Positions 18,077-30,100 of a stretch of 64,000 nt of DNA are shown here, piece by piece. The stretch lies in IMG/VR virus record IMGVR_UViG_3300010149_000008; one strand, given 5' to 3'. The DNA comes from a virus. Taxonomy: Duplodnaviria; Caudoviricetes. Within the stretch, counting starts at the first letter, position 1; each line of letters opens with the position of its first letter. A program made the position numbers and the translations under genes. Under the pieces are notes generated by a model. That model was not told the DNA's origin and made no database searches. It saw nothing but the letters and a program-made list of their open reading frames with translations.

Positions 18077-18664
18077 ATGCCTGTCAAAAATAATTACGAG
18101 CTTGGTAGATCTGTAAGTCAGTTAAAAGCAATAAGCGATTGGAAAAATAAAACTGTAGAAAAAGAGTCTAAACCAATCGGTATTAAAACGCCTCTAGAAA
18201 AAGGTAATTTAAAAGACGAGACCTTATTTAAGATGCATTTTAATATTCTTGATCAAATAAGAGACAATTTAAAAAATTTAATTATGACACAAAAAGGTGA
18301 AAGGCTTGGCTTTCCAGATTACGGAACAAGATTAAGAGCAGTTTATTCAAATACTTCTTTGACTGATGATCAGATAGCAGATTATGCTTCTTTAGAAATA
18401 AAAAACGTTGTTAGCAAATATATGCCGAACATAACGTTATCTGAGTTTTACTCAAGTGAAGTAGACAATAATGATTTTTCTAGAGGCGAAGATTTTATTA
18501 ACAAGCAATCAAGCATTGAAATATCAAGTGCATCTAGCATTGAAACAAAAAACAAAAAAAACAAAAACTTAAATAAACTTTATTTAATAAAAATAATCTT
18601 TAGTATACCTTTATTAAATAGCGAAGATAACTCAGTAATTTTATTTATTAATAATGCAGTATAA
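18077..18664 (+). CDS. gp25: Baseplate wedge protein, gp25/GPW-like
   Basis: IRDNLKNLIMTQKGERLGFPDYGTRL is the characteristic gp25 motif. Confidence 0.88.
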   Translation: MPVKNNYELGRSVSQLKAISDWKNKTVEKESKPIGIKTPLEKGNLKDETLFKMHFNILDQIRDNLKNLIMTQKGERLGFPDYGTRLRAVYSNTSLTDDQIADYASLEIKNVVSKYMPNITLSEFYSSEVDNNDFSRGEDFINKQSSIEISSASSIETKNKKNKNLNKLYLIKIIFSIPLLNSEDNSVILFINNAV

Positions 18665-18673
18665 GGAAAAGAT

Positions 18674-20539
18674 ATGCCTTCAAGTCAATTTGAAAACTAT
18701 TTAAAAAACAACAATACAAAGCAATTTTCAAGCCAGACTTTTTCTGACTTTAGAAATGAACTTTTGCAATACGCAAATACTTTTTACAAAGATCAGATCG
18801 TAGACTTTTCTGAAGTTTCTCTAGGTGGAATGCTTTTAGACTTTGCAGCAATTGTTGGTGATTCTTTGGTTTTTTATGCTGAGCAACAATTCAATGAGTT
18901 GGATTATGAGACAGCAACTGATCCTGTAAATATAGAAAAACATTTAAGAAGAGCAAATATAAAAAACTCAGTAGCATCACCTTCTTCTGTAAATTGTACT
19001 TTTTCAATTGAAGTGCCAATAGATAAAGCCTCACCACCAAGCGATTTAAAACCTGATTCAAAGTTGCTGCCAATAATAAAAAAAGGTACTCAAGTTTCTT
19101 CTTCAAACGGTATAAACTTTATTCTTCAAGAAGATGTCAACTTTGCAAATGTTCAGTTTAAGAAGGAAGTAGGTGAAGAAAATGAAGATGGAACTGCATC
19201 AACATTGTTTTTAAGTGCTGACGGGTTGTGTATATCAGGAAATATTACAAGAGAAATTTTTGCTTTTCCAGATGAAGAAAAAGACTTTTTTTTGGCAAGA
19301 GAACTAAACAATACAGACGTTACTTCAATAATTAGTGTCCTAGATGAAGAAAATAATGAATACAATCAGGTTGATTACTTAACACAAACTACTGTTTTTA
19401 AAAAAATAGAAAACTCAAACGAAAACTATTTAACAATTTTACCTTCGCCTAGAAGATTTATAAGAGAAGATTCTTTTCAAACTGGTAGAACTTTAATTAG
19501 ATTTGGCAATGGCAAAGGAAAAGAAATTAAAGACAATATGTTTTCAAATCCAGAAGATTTAATTCTTCCTATAAAAGGTAAAAATAATTTTTCTAGAATT
19601 GATTTAGACCCAAGCACACTTTTAGAAAACAGCACTTTTGGTATATCACCAAAAGGAAGAACTTTAACAGTTACTTATAAGTATGGCGGAGGTACAAGAC
19701 ATAACGTAAGAGATGGATCAATTAATTCTGTTTTAGAAAATCCAATTGTAGTTTTTGCAAACAATAATGACTTGTTAAACGATGAAGATACAAGATTCAT
19801 TGTTGAATCATTAAGCGTTACTAATAAAAATAGTGCTGTTGGAGGATCAGATCCACTTACTCTAGATGAGCTTAAAGCTCAAATACCAAGTGTAATAAGA
19901 TCACAGTCTAGGATAATAACTCATGAAGACTTAATTGCAAGAATTATGACTATGCCTTCTGATTTTGGTAGAATAAACAAGGCAGTTGCATTAGAAAACA
20001 ATGTCAGCGCTGGCTCTGTTGATTTATATGTAATATGCAAAGACAATGAAGGTTTTTATACAGAAGCTTCAGACGCAATAAAGACAAACTTATCAAGATA
20101 TATAAATGAATACAGACTAATTGGATCAAATTTTAATATCTTAGACGTTCCTGTATTTAACTTTGGAATTGCAATGAAGATAAACGTTAAATCTGGATTT
20201 GATCCTTTTGAAGTAATATTTGATGTTAATTCTAGAATAGTTGAAACAATGAGATTTGACCTGTTTCAAATAGGTACGCCAATTAATGTTAATGAATTAA
20301 TTAAAGTAGTTGAAGCAACTGGTGGTGTTCATAATATTATTACTAATAGGAAGTCTATTGTAGTTTCAAAAACAGAAGAAGATAGCTTTTTTGACATGGA
20401 TGATCTTACTACAAGACAATATAATAAAAGTGTATTTAACCCTTTAATGAATTATAGAGAAGGCTTGATATATCCTCAACGTGGAGGTTTATTTGAAATG
20501 AGATACACAGCTAGAGATATTATTATTGCTGCACAATAA
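18674..20539 (+). CDS. gp6: Baseplate wedge protein, gp6/Baseplate-J-like
   Basis: FSDFRNELLQYA...DFSE.SLGGMLLD..A.VGD.L.FY; IRFGNG; VTYKYGG; AVGGSDPLTLDELK...IITHEDL. Follows gp25. Confidence 0.85.
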   Translation: MPSSQFENYLKNNNTKQFSSQTFSDFRNELLQYANTFYKDQIVDFSEVSLGGMLLDFAAIVGDSLVFYAEQQFNELDYETATDPVNIEKHLRRANIKNSVASPSSVNCTFSIEVPIDKASPPSDLKPDSKLLPIIKKGTQVSSSNGINFILQEDVNFANVQFKKEVGEENEDGTASTLFLSADGLCISGNITREIFAFPDEEKDFFLARELNNTDVTSIISVLDEENNEYNQVDYLTQTTVFKKIENSNENYLTILPSPRRFIREDSFQTGRTLIRFGNGKGKEIKDNMFSNPEDLILPIKGKNNFSRIDLDPSTLLENSTFGISPKGRTLTVTYKYGGGTRHNVRDGSINSVLENPIVVFANNNDLLNDEDTRFIVESLSVTNKNSAVGGSDPLTLDELKAQIPSVIRSQSRIITHEDLIARIMTMPSDFGRINKAVALENNVSAGSVDLYVICKDNEGFYTEASDAIKTNLSRYINEYRLIGSNFNILDVPVFNFGIAMKINVKSGFDPFEVIFDVNSRIVETMRFDLFQIGTPINVNELIKVVEATGGVHNIITNRKSIVVSKTEEDSFFDMDDLTTRQYNKSVFNPLMNYREGLIYPQRGGLFEMRYTARDIIIAAQ

Positions 20540-20548
20540 GGAACAAGA

Positions 20549-22459
20549 ATGATTATAATATTAGAACCTCAAAAAGACACTTATGTTACAAATCTTAAAA
20601 CACAGAATAATGATGCTTCTCTTGCAAATGTCGGTCATGCTGCAACTTTAGATTTATTTAAACTTTACAACGAAAATAAAAATTCACATTCTTGGGCAGT
20701 TTTTGAATTTAGCAATACACCATCAGATTTAATAAGTAATGGTAATACATTAACTTTAATTGATTCTGTAGGCGTAAGCAAAACTTTTGAGTTTGATACT
20801 GATGATCCTGCAAATGTTGCTGGAGACAATATTCGAATAAATATTAAAGCTGCAAATGACATTAATGATAACAGAACATACGCAGCAACGATAGCAGCCT
20901 CTATTAATGCAGTTAATGACTTAGACATAATTGCTTATAGTAATTCAAATAATCAATTAATATTAAAACAGAATAAACCTGGTGAGTCTGGTGATACAAA
21001 TATTGTTTTTAATATGACAAATACATCACTTAAAAATAAATATATAGACGATGAAGGTGATGCTATTAGAAAATTTGCTAGAATTGAATATAGCAATATA
21101 CTAATTAAGTTTGATTTAGAGAACTTTAAAAAGAGTTGGAATATAGGTAATGACATAACAGCTGAAGGTGCATTTAATAATTTAAAAGCAGAATTAATAT
21201 TAAAAGATGTAACAACAGGAATATCAAAGCCTAAAGACTATAGCTTAGAACTATATAGCCTAAATAAAGATTTTGATGAAGGTATAGGAAAAGATACAAT
21301 ATACTTTTCAGATAGTGATACATGCAATTTTAAAGATATATCATCTACTCAAACTTGGGAAGTACAAAATATAATATCTGATGGTGATGCTGCAGCTTTA
21401 AGTACAGCTTCATCAACAGGAAACATAGAAAAAGGCGACGAAGACCTAGCTTTTAATATTACAAACTATGTAAAAGCTGAATTAGAAAAAGGTACTGTTG
21501 CTGATCCTGCTTTGACTGACAAAGGCTTTTTAATTAAGTTTTTAGATAGTGACATTTATGACAACAAGTCTTATTTTGTTAAAAGATTAGGCAGCAGACA
21601 TTTAATAAATAAGAAATTTGTGCCGCAGCTAAGAATTAAAATAGATGACTCTTCTTATAATATTCCTACTAACTCATTTAATAAAGTAAGATATCTAGAT
21701 AGCACTGAAGATTTTTATCTGTTTAACAGAGCAAATGGCTTAAATCAATCTTTTAAATTTCCTGTTGGCTTTGATCCTGATACAACTTTAAAGATGAAAA
21801 TATCTAGTAGAGATACTGTGCCTGTTGATTTTGTTACATTAATAGCTAATAATCATACTGACAGCCCTGTTACTAATTTTTCTGGTGACCCAATTCCTGG
21901 AATAAGAAAAGTTCTATTGTCTGATACAGAGCTAAGTAGATTTAACAGCAATATAAGTGATAAAATTAAAAACAACAAGCTTGAAGCAAAAATTACTTGG
22001 TTCTGGGATGACGGCATTAATTCTCATACAATATCAGAAGAGAATACACAGTTTTCTGTAAGTGAAAACATTAATGAAACAAAATATGAAAACCTTGTTA
22101 CTTCAATAAGAATAACAGAGAATGATTTGTTTGCAAATGACGGCACAAACTCTGTAGAAGTATATTTTGTTGACACTAAAAAAGAGTTTACTGCTGTAAA
22201 GGTTCCTTATGAACTACCAAGTGAAAATATCGGTGAAGTATTCTATCAAGTCTATGACGTAGAAACAGGTAATATTTTAATAGACTATGATAATCCAGCA
22301 ACAAAGATGTTTTATGACGGTGAAAAATACAAGTTTAATTTGTTTGTTCCTAATCTATTTAAAAACTTAAGAATTAACTTTAAATTCAAGTATAAGGATC
22401 CGATTACAAATGTGAACAAATTTATCTTTAATAAAAAGTACTCAGTTAGGATAATATAA
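20549..22459 (+). CDS. Baseplate/virion structural protein with inserted beta-module
   Basis: MIIILEPQKDTYVTN start; SNILIKFDL; FNITNYV...GFLIKF; FVPQLRIKIDD. Position in the baseplate operon. Confidence 0.55.
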   Translation: MIIILEPQKDTYVTNLKTQNNDASLANVGHAATLDLFKLYNENKNSHSWAVFEFSNTPSDLISNGNTLTLIDSVGVSKTFEFDTDDPANVAGDNIRINIKAANDINDNRTYAATIAASINAVNDLDIIAYSNSNNQLILKQNKPGESGDTNIVFNMTNTSLKNKYIDDEGDAIRKFARIEYSNILIKFDLENFKKSWNIGNDITAEGAFNNLKAELILKDVTTGISKPKDYSLELYSLNKDFDEGIGKDTIYFSDSDTCNFKDISSTQTWEVQNIISDGDAAALSTASSTGNIEKGDEDLAFNITNYVKAELEKGTVADPALTDKGFLIKFLDSDIYDNKSYFVKRLGSRHLINKKFVPQLRIKIDDSSYNIPTNSFNKVRYLDSTEDFYLFNRANGLNQSFKFPVGFDPDTTLKMKISSRDTVPVDFVTLIANNHTDSPVTNFSGDPIPGIRKVLLSDTELSRFNSNISDKIKNNKLEAKITWFWDDGINSHTISEENTQFSVSENINETKYENLVTSIRITENDLFANDGTNSVEVYFVDTKKEFTAVKVPYELPSENIGEVFYQVYDVETGNILIDYDNPATKMFYDGEKYKFNLFVPNLFKNLRINFKFKYKDPITNVNKFIFNKKYSVRII

Positions 22460-25400
22460 TGGCTTTAGTAAGTGATTCACAAAAAAGTAATAGCTTGTTT
22501 TCTCCAAGCAAAAATAGCTTAAGCCTAAGAAAAAGTAGTACGCAAGACTTTCAGGATATTTTAAAAAGTTTAAACATAATTGATCCTGAAAGTCTTTCAA
22601 AAGAAGACCTTTCAAATATTATACGTAGAATTGATGATTATAATGGACTGTTTACAACACAGCAGTTAAAAAACATAAAGTATGAAGATTTTTCTGAACA
22701 TGTGTTTTTTGATTCTGCAGTAAATAAAGTTGCATATGCTTTCGATAGAATAGCAAATATTCCTTATGATAAAGATGAACTAGAAAATATAAAGTTCAAT
22801 AACAAAACAGAAGGTTATACAAATCATGTTCTTAAGAATTTATATCCAAGCTCTCTAGGCTATATTAATTTTTCAGGTTCAGAAAGAGTCGTTGTTTACG
22901 ATCAAAAAGGTAGGATATTAAACGACATAAGTAAAGAAAAAAGAAAAGTTGGTACTCTTAGCCCAGATAATCAAAAATTTTCATTTGAGTTTTGGCTAAA
23001 GATAGATGCACCAGAAGTTTTAGGAAATCAGGTTTTATTTAAAAAAGTAAAAAATGAAAATAATATTTTAGACGGATTTATTTGTTACATAGAAGAATCA
23101 GATGACGTTTCGGACAGCTATTTTAAAATAAATATGCTTATAATAATAAATAACAAATACAGTCTTTCTACTTGCTTAGTAGAAAAAAATTCTTGGCAAA
23201 ATATTGTAATAAGTATTAACGAAGAAAAAGGCTTTAAGAAGACAAACTTTTTAATAAATGGAATAATAATAGAAGAAAACAAAGTCGCTAGATCAGGAAG
23301 TGGAGTTAAGCATACAAGTTTTAGTGAAAACATCAAATCTCTCAACGTTCCCTTTGTTTTAGGTGGTGTTTTTATTCCAAATGATCAAAATAGTTCAGCT
23401 GAAAGTGTTTTTACGTGGAACAACGTTGCCTTTACAGGTCTTGTTGGCAAAATAGATGAATTTAGATACTTTGCCAAAATTAGAAGTAGTAATACAATAA
23501 AAAAATATATGCATAGAAATATATTTGCGCAAAGAGGTTTAAAACTATATTTAAGAATGAACGAACCAGGCGGAGAATATACAAATAGTTGCCTTGTTAT
23601 TGACTATTCTGGTAATAAATTACATGGTATTTTATACTCAAAAGATCAACAAAATAATTTTTCTGTAATTACTAATACATCTAGTGTAAAAGAAAACATA
23701 AACACACCTTTGAAAAATGAAATTAAGATTGATTCTCCTGTTTTAAATGCAGGATATACAAGTATACAAGCAATAAGAAAAAAGCTTACAGATGTAGCAA
23801 AAGAATATGATAAAAACAATCCAAATTTAATTTTTAATTTAATGCCAAAACATTACTTTTTAAATGCATCTGACTTCCAAAATCTTCCAGTGTTTTCTAA
23901 TGATAGTGAGTACACTTATCCTGTATCTGTTGTAGGTGAAGATGGTTTTTCAACTAATACAAAAAATACAAGTTTAAACTCAACAATACCTGCAAATAAT
24001 GAGCTGGTTAATATTGTTTTAATCTGGGCAAGATTTTTTGATCAACTAAAACTATACATTTCATCTATAGGTAATTTTTTGAATGTTGATTATGATTCAA
24101 TCAACAAAGAAAGCGTTATAGGGATGCAAATCCCTATTTTATGTAAAATGTACGGAATAAATTTCAAAGAAATTCTTCCAAGTGCTACTAAAGAAAAACT
24201 AAACAATTTTAATCTTTCACATGAAGATATTATTTCTAATATTGGAATTAGAAAAATACAGAACATTTTATGGCAAAGATTTTTAATTAATACACAAGAC
24301 TTTCTTAAGTCAAAAGGAACAATAAAAAGTGTAGAAAGTACTTTTAATTCTTTTGGAATTGAATACTCAAAGTTTATAGACATAAAAGAATATGCAACTT
24401 TTAATGATATTAAGCTTGATAATAACTTTTTTGTATTAGAAAAGAAAGCAAATCTTTTAAACTTTGGAAATTCAAAAGAAATAGCTGTAAGCCCTACTTA
24501 CACTGATGTTTCTGTTAATGATTTTTCTAATAACAAAACTTTTCTAAATATAGAAAACATAAGGACACACAGCACTTCTAAAAGTGGCGTTGGAGAAGAT
24601 ATTTTTCTAGGCTTAAATATCGACTGGTCTATAGAAATGTTTTTCATGTTTAAGGACACTATTAAAAGTAAAAACATAACTAATGAAAGTGGTTATGGAT
24701 TAAAACAGTGTTTGTTTAGACTAGACGAAGGAAACGAAAAAAATCTAGCTCTTATCGTGTATTATGAAAACTATGACAATGTAAAAAAAGATTTAGGTAA
24801 ACTAACAGTAAACATACAGCCTATTAAAAACAACGCTAGCTATAATGTTACAATTGAAATTCTTGATGTAAACATATATGACTTGCCTAAATATTTCTGT
24901 ATATCACAGAAAATAGATTATAATAATAACTCAATTACATATGATTTGTTCTTAGATGATATAGGAAAACATGACAGCTTAAAGAAAAGTCAAAAGTTAT
25001 CAAAAACTATAAGTGATATCACTTTAAGAGACGCAAACAATAATATAACAAAAACATTGCAACAAATTATTAATGATGATTTAAATCATAGTTTTCATAA
25101 AAACATATTAGACATGAGCATTGGCAATTACAATTACATAAGTAACAATATGCTTACTCACTTAATTTCTAGTGGTGCTGACACTAATTTTGAAGGGCAA
25201 ATTATCAAAGTAAGAGGCTGGAAAAAGAAACTGTCTAATAAAGAATGCAAGTCTCATTCTGAGAATATTGATAATATTGGCACAGAAAGTAATATTATGC
25301 ATGACAATGTTATTTTTGACTTTGAATTTAGTGAAACAGTCAGCACAAAGCAAACTCAAAACAACATATCAACATACATAGCAAAAAACAATTCTAGAAT

Positions 25401-26100
25401 ATTTTCAAATGCTGACTTTTCTAGCTTAATTAATACATGCAGTATTAAAACAAGAAATACGTCACAGATTAATCAGTTTAATATAGAAAGCTTCTTTATC
25501 AAAAAGCAAAATATCAATATTGATTCACCGATTAGATCAAACAGAGTTAACATAGTAAGTTACAGCGAAGAAGAAAATAAAGAGCTTAAAAATAACTTTA
25601 ACTTTTTTCCATCAAATAACATACCTATTGACTTTAACTACGATGAAGTATCCAGAGTTTCTATAGACATGTCTATTACAAAGTCAATCAATAGTGACAT
25701 ATCAAATATACTTTCAGACTTAAATGGCTTTACTTATAAAATGACAAATTATTTTGGTAAATATGACTACAGCTACAAAGAAATAGAAAGCTTAAGAGAT
25801 CAATACTTTGAAAAATTTAGTGATTCTATTCTATTGAATTACTCTTCTATCGGTAATATATTTAAATATTTCGACAATATTATGTCTTCTATACTATATG
25901 ATATTGTTCCTAGCAGCGTAAGATTTGAAGGCTTTAACTATGTATATGAATCACATATTTTAGAAAGACATAAATATCAATATAAAAACTTAAATAGTTG
26001 TATTGCTATTAATGATCTAAGTAACAGCGCCAGTTTTTCTCGAGAAACAGGTAAATTTAGAAGAAGTATTGTGTATAATAACAATAGAAAATTAACTTAA
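22459..26100 (+). CDS. Baseplate wedge protein (gp7-like) with LamG/ConA-like domains
   Basis: FSEHVFFDSAV; LamG-like FSFEFWLK...WQNIVIS...GKIDEFRYF; KSKGTIKSVESTFNSFG (gp7/P2 gpI-type motif); a second LamG-like stretch (WSIEMFF...FEGQIIKVRGW); C-terminal YVYESHILERHKY. Confidence 0.65.
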   Translation: MALVSDSQKSNSLFSPSKNSLSLRKSSTQDFQDILKSLNIIDPESLSKEDLSNIIRRIDDYNGLFTTQQLKNIKYEDFSEHVFFDSAVNKVAYAFDRIANIPYDKDELENIKFNNKTEGYTNHVLKNLYPSSLGYINFSGSERVVVYDQKGRILNDISKEKRKVGTLSPDNQKFSFEFWLKIDAPEVLGNQVLFKKVKNENNILDGFICYIEESDDVSDSYFKINMLIIINNKYSLSTCLVEKNSWQNIVISINEEKGFKKTNFLINGIIIEENKVARSGSGVKHTSFSENIKSLNVPFVLGGVFIPNDQNSSAESVFTWNNVAFTGLVGKIDEFRYFAKIRSSNTIKKYMHRNIFAQRGLKLYLRMNEPGGEYTNSCLVIDYSGNKLHGILYSKDQQNNFSVITNTSSVKENINTPLKNEIKIDSPVLNAGYTSIQAIRKKLTDVAKEYDKNNPNLIFNLMPKHYFLNASDFQNLPVFSNDSEYTYPVSVVGEDGFSTNTKNTSLNSTIPANNELVNIVLIWARFFDQLKLYISSIGNFLNVDYDSINKESVIGMQIPILCKMYGINFKEILPSATKEKLNNFNLSHEDIISNIGIRKIQNILWQRFLINTQDFLKSKGTIKSVESTFNSFGIEYSKFIDIKEYATFNDIKLDNNFFVLEKKANLLNFGNSKEIAVSPTYTDVSVNDFSNNKTFLNIENIRTHSTSKSGVGEDIFLGLNIDWSIEMFFMFKDTIKSKNITNESGYGLKQCLFRLDEGNEKNLALIVYYENYDNVKKDLGKLTVNIQPIKNNASYNVTIEILDVNIYDLPKYFCISQKIDYNNNSITYDLFLDDIGKHDSLKKSQKLSKTISDITLRDANNNITKTLQQIINDDLNHSFHKNILDMSIGNYNYISNNMLTHLISSGADTNFEGQIIKVRGWKKKLSNKECKSHSENIDNIGTESNIMHDNVIFDFEFSETVSTKQTQNNISTYIAKNNSRIFSNADFSSLINTCSIKTRNTSQINQFNIESFFIKKQNINIDSPIRSNRVNIVSYSEEENKELKNNFNFFPSNNIPIDFNYDEVSRVSIDMSITKSINSDISNILSDLNGFTYKMTNYFGKYDYSYKEIESLRDQYFEKFSDSILLNYSSIGNIFKYFDNIMSSILYDIVPSSVRFEGFNYVYESHILERHKYQYKNLNSCIAINDLSNSASFSRETGKFRRSIVYNNNRKLT

Positions 26101-26113
26101 ATTAGAGAAAAAT

Positions 26114-27184
26114 ATGATCAATGAAAACAATCCAATACAGCTAGATGAAAACTCGGTATTTTTTGACAATAGAAATATTTTCTACGAGCATGTAGAAAAG
26201 CAAAGCTTTAAAAAGTCTATTTTTAAAAATACTGATCATTTTTTCGACTCAGACAACAATAAAATTACTCAAAAATATAACGTTTTAAATGAAAATACTT
26301 TAAACATAAGTCTATTTATAGGTTTTGGTTCTACATACTGTAAAAACAATATTTGTAATAGTGACATTTATAAAAAAGACACTAATTACGGCAAAAAAAG
26401 ACTAAGTTATTTTAATGATAGTGAAGATTACAAAGGAAATGATTTAAGTTTAAACAACAACTTGTTAATTTTTAAAAAAACTTATGGTCTAGAAAATCCT
26501 GATGAGCTGTTTGAAAAAGTGCAAGAAGAGCCTTTTGAAGAAGTTGAAAACATAGAAAATGTTTCCGAGTTTTTTAAAATGCCTTCTGAGCTTAAATATC
26601 CCAGGTATTTTAACTATTATTCACTTTCAAGATTAAACTCTAATATTAGCGTTTTCGGAACAATAGAAGAAATTGACGGTACAAGTCTTACAGAAAAATC
26701 ATTAAAAGGTATCACGTGTGAAATCATCAGTAACGGAACTGATGCAAGAGAAAGATCCATAAACTTTTCAGATAGAATAACACTTCAAGAATTAGAAATA
26801 GATGCGAGCAATAGGCAAAAGTACTCAATCGAAAGCTATTCAGATGAAGAGTATGAAGACATAGTAACTGGTGAAGATACTTTGCTGAAAAGATCTTTTG
26901 CTTATGTCAACAAAGTCATAAATGGTCAAGTTGTTACAGTTTTTGACACTAGTGATAGTACTTCAAGCTTTATACCTAGACTTACAAATAAGATAATATT
27001 CTACACTGAAGACTCGAATACCATTACGCCTTTTGAAGATAGAAGTATTGTTGAAAATAGAGATAATCAAACCGCAAATAGCGATTATAATAAAGGAGAC
27101 GTTTATCCGTCTCATGGAAACGATAGAGATAATTCATTCGGGTCTGGACCAGATTCTAGTGCATACACAGGAGAGCTTGACTAA
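26114..27184 (+). CDS. Hypothetical virion/baseplate protein
   Basis: 356 aa in the baseplate operon, TAATG-coupled to the next gene. No recognisable motif. Confidence 0.5.
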   Translation: MINENNPIQLDENSVFFDNRNIFYEHVEKQSFKKSIFKNTDHFFDSDNNKITQKYNVLNENTLNISLFIGFGSTYCKNNICNSDIYKKDTNYGKKRLSYFNDSEDYKGNDLSLNNNLLIFKKTYGLENPDELFEKVQEEPFEEVENIENVSEFFKMPSELKYPRYFNYYSLSRLNSNISVFGTIEEIDGTSLTEKSLKGITCEIISNGTDARERSINFSDRITLQELEIDASNRQKYSIESYSDEEYEDIVTGEDTLLKRSFAYVNKVINGQVVTVFDTSDSTSSFIPRLTNKIIFYTEDSNTITPFEDRSIVENRDNQTANSDYNKGDVYPSHGNDRDNSFGSGPDSSAYTGELD

Positions 27185-30100
27185 TGCCAAAGATAAGAAA
27201 AAAGTTTATTACAACAGGTATAGATGAAAGCTATTATAGCATTATTAACAATATTAACGATGAATATTCGCATGCTAAAATTAATGATGATAATGATGTA
27301 AATAGTGTAGTAATAAAATCAGGTTTACTGTCAAGCTCTAGTGGTAAGTACTTAAAACATGCTAACTCTGAAGCTGGAACTTTACCTTCGGTGTTACAAA
27401 CAACAGGTCAAATTCTTCAAGATTATAATGACCCGTTTAATGAGACAAATGTATTAGAATATAAAAGTATACTGTCAAACTCAAATGTTGGATTACCACT
27501 TGTTACGCTTACTCAAAGTGATGGATCTCAGCAAATAAGTGTAGGACACTATATGACTACAGATTCTAGTCTAATTTCAGCTGGAACTATATCTAAAGAA
27601 GATAGTCATTATGTTTCAAAATATGATTTATCAAACGCAAAGATATTCGACAATCCTAATACTTTTAATGATCACATGAAACACAATGGAGTTTCAGGTT
27701 CTGTGGCAAGAAGCATTAAATCTTCTATTGATAGTGTATTATTGCAGCAAACAAGATTTAATGAAGAGTATAAGCCCTTCAAAGAAGATTTTTCCAGTTT
27801 CTCAATTCCTTACGAAAGTGACTTTTATTATGAAACTATAGACAGTGAGATTTCAAAAAACTACAATCTTGGCAAACAGAGACAAATCAAAATAATACTT
27901 GATTTTTCTAATGAAAACTCAGTTGACTTAACTCTTTTAAATACAAAAATGACTTTTAATTTGCCTGATGTTACTTCAAACTACACAGAAGACAATCTTA
28001 TATCTACAAAGTATATTAATTTTATTAAAGGGGATGCTAAAGCTTCTTATAGCTCACACTTCTTACCTACAGCATACTGGAATTTTAAAAAAAATAGATG
28101 GAACTATTTAGATGGCAATTTGCTAGAATTTGACAGTGATCAAGAAAGTAATCTAGATTTAGCTGACTTTCCTGTTACACAAAGTAGTGATATAAAATAT
28201 TCTTACTTAGGTGCAATAAACAATACGGGTTCTTCTACTACAATAAGTCCAAATTTTATATATAGCGGATCAAGCATACAGAGTCAAGAAATATATGATA
28301 AAAATATTAAAAACAATGTCTTATCTGTTTATAACAAACCTATAGTTACTACACCAGGATTTAGACCTGATGGTAGTATGACATCTTCTAGTAGTGGCAG
28401 TGATTATAATAAAACTGCTATATCAAAAATAACTAATACATACGGTTTTCCTTATAAACAAAATTGGCAGCCAACAAATGACCAGCTGCTAGATATGTCA
28501 AATTATATCGCAAACGACTTTTTGCTAGAAAAAATATCAATTAAAGGCAAGTTTACTTCGCAAGGTGAGATTCCTAACAAAAAAGGTAATTTTTCTAGTG
28601 GTTATTCTCAAGAAAGCAATGCATTAAACAGCACAACTTTTAATCAATCCTATGATTACAAGGACAATTTTGAAGACTATATTTCAAATAACTTAACTTT
28701 TTTCATTCTTAACGAGAGAAAAGGTTTTAACCACGTAAAACAGGAAATAAATGCTGAACCTTTACAAAGTTACTTTTTCTCAAAGCCATTAAACCTTTCT
28801 CAGCCTATAGACTATTACAATGTTAAAGGAAAAAAGCTTGACAGCTACATAGGCAGCTATTCTTCATATGAGAATTTTCAAAATACTCTAAATGTATATA
28901 GCCAAATTATTCCAAATACTTTTATATATAGCGTTAACGAGTACAACGAATTAAAACTGAAAAGTAATTATACTATAACTAGTGGTGTTAACAATACAGA
29001 AGTTAAAAATAATAATAGACAGAATATATTTCACTTTTTTGAAAATATAAGTGATAGTAGCAATAATGAAACTATAGATTCTGTTTATATAAAGAATGGA
29101 GGAATCAATCACTCTTTAGACGTATTAAGTGGTAATGACAATAAAAAATATAATATAAAACTAGAGAGTATTCTTCTAGAAAATAATACTGAGATTTCAA
29201 AAAACAATTTTAATTTAAATTCAGGAAGAGAACTTGTTACATACTCTAATTTTTTAATTGCAGGTAAAAAAAATAACATTAGCTTAGATGAAAAAACTCT
29301 TATTAATATTGATGAAAAGAAAGTTATAGACTTTAACACAGGTGAAGTCAATATAAACATAAATGAAAAAGAAGAGTTTATAGTAAACAGCATGGTAAAA
29401 AGTGCGCACATTTCAGACTACTCTGATGAGTCTATCTATAAAATTAAAAGCAACTTTAAAGAAGAAATAATTTCTAGGCAAGAGGAGACATCATCAGTAA
29501 ATATAGGTATTCCAAAAGCAGTTGCACAAAGTATTTTGACGAACAACCTTTTTGATTTTGATGGATCAGCTGATAAAGACGGAGACGAATTATTAAGAAT
29601 ACTAGGCATGCCAGATGCAAGTAAAGGATTTGGTGACTTTAATACGTTAACTGAGTATATAAACAACACGCAGAATCATGGTCTTACTGATAATATAATT
29701 ACTAGTGTCGATGCGGCCTCGCAGACGCTTACTAATGCAAATTGTACTTTTTTAAACAGCATTTTTACGACTACTGTAAAAGATCTTGCTGATGATCAAT
29801 TAAAAGAAAGTAATATTTTGCTTTACTTTACTTACAGCAACAGTTCAGCAGTTAATAACGAACACTATTCTTCTACTAGCGGACCTTCTTCTGTTAACTT
29901 ACAAGATTTTATTACTTATACAAAGACTACACATCCTTTAACTGGTAGTGATATAAATACTAACATATTTTTTAATTTAAGGTTCTTAGACCCATTCCAG
30001 ACTTCTGGAATTTCAGATGATTTTTTCAATCTAGGTTTTTTAGGATTTAACAATAATTACTGGGCAGACTTTGATCCTGCTATTTTGAAAGGAATAGACT

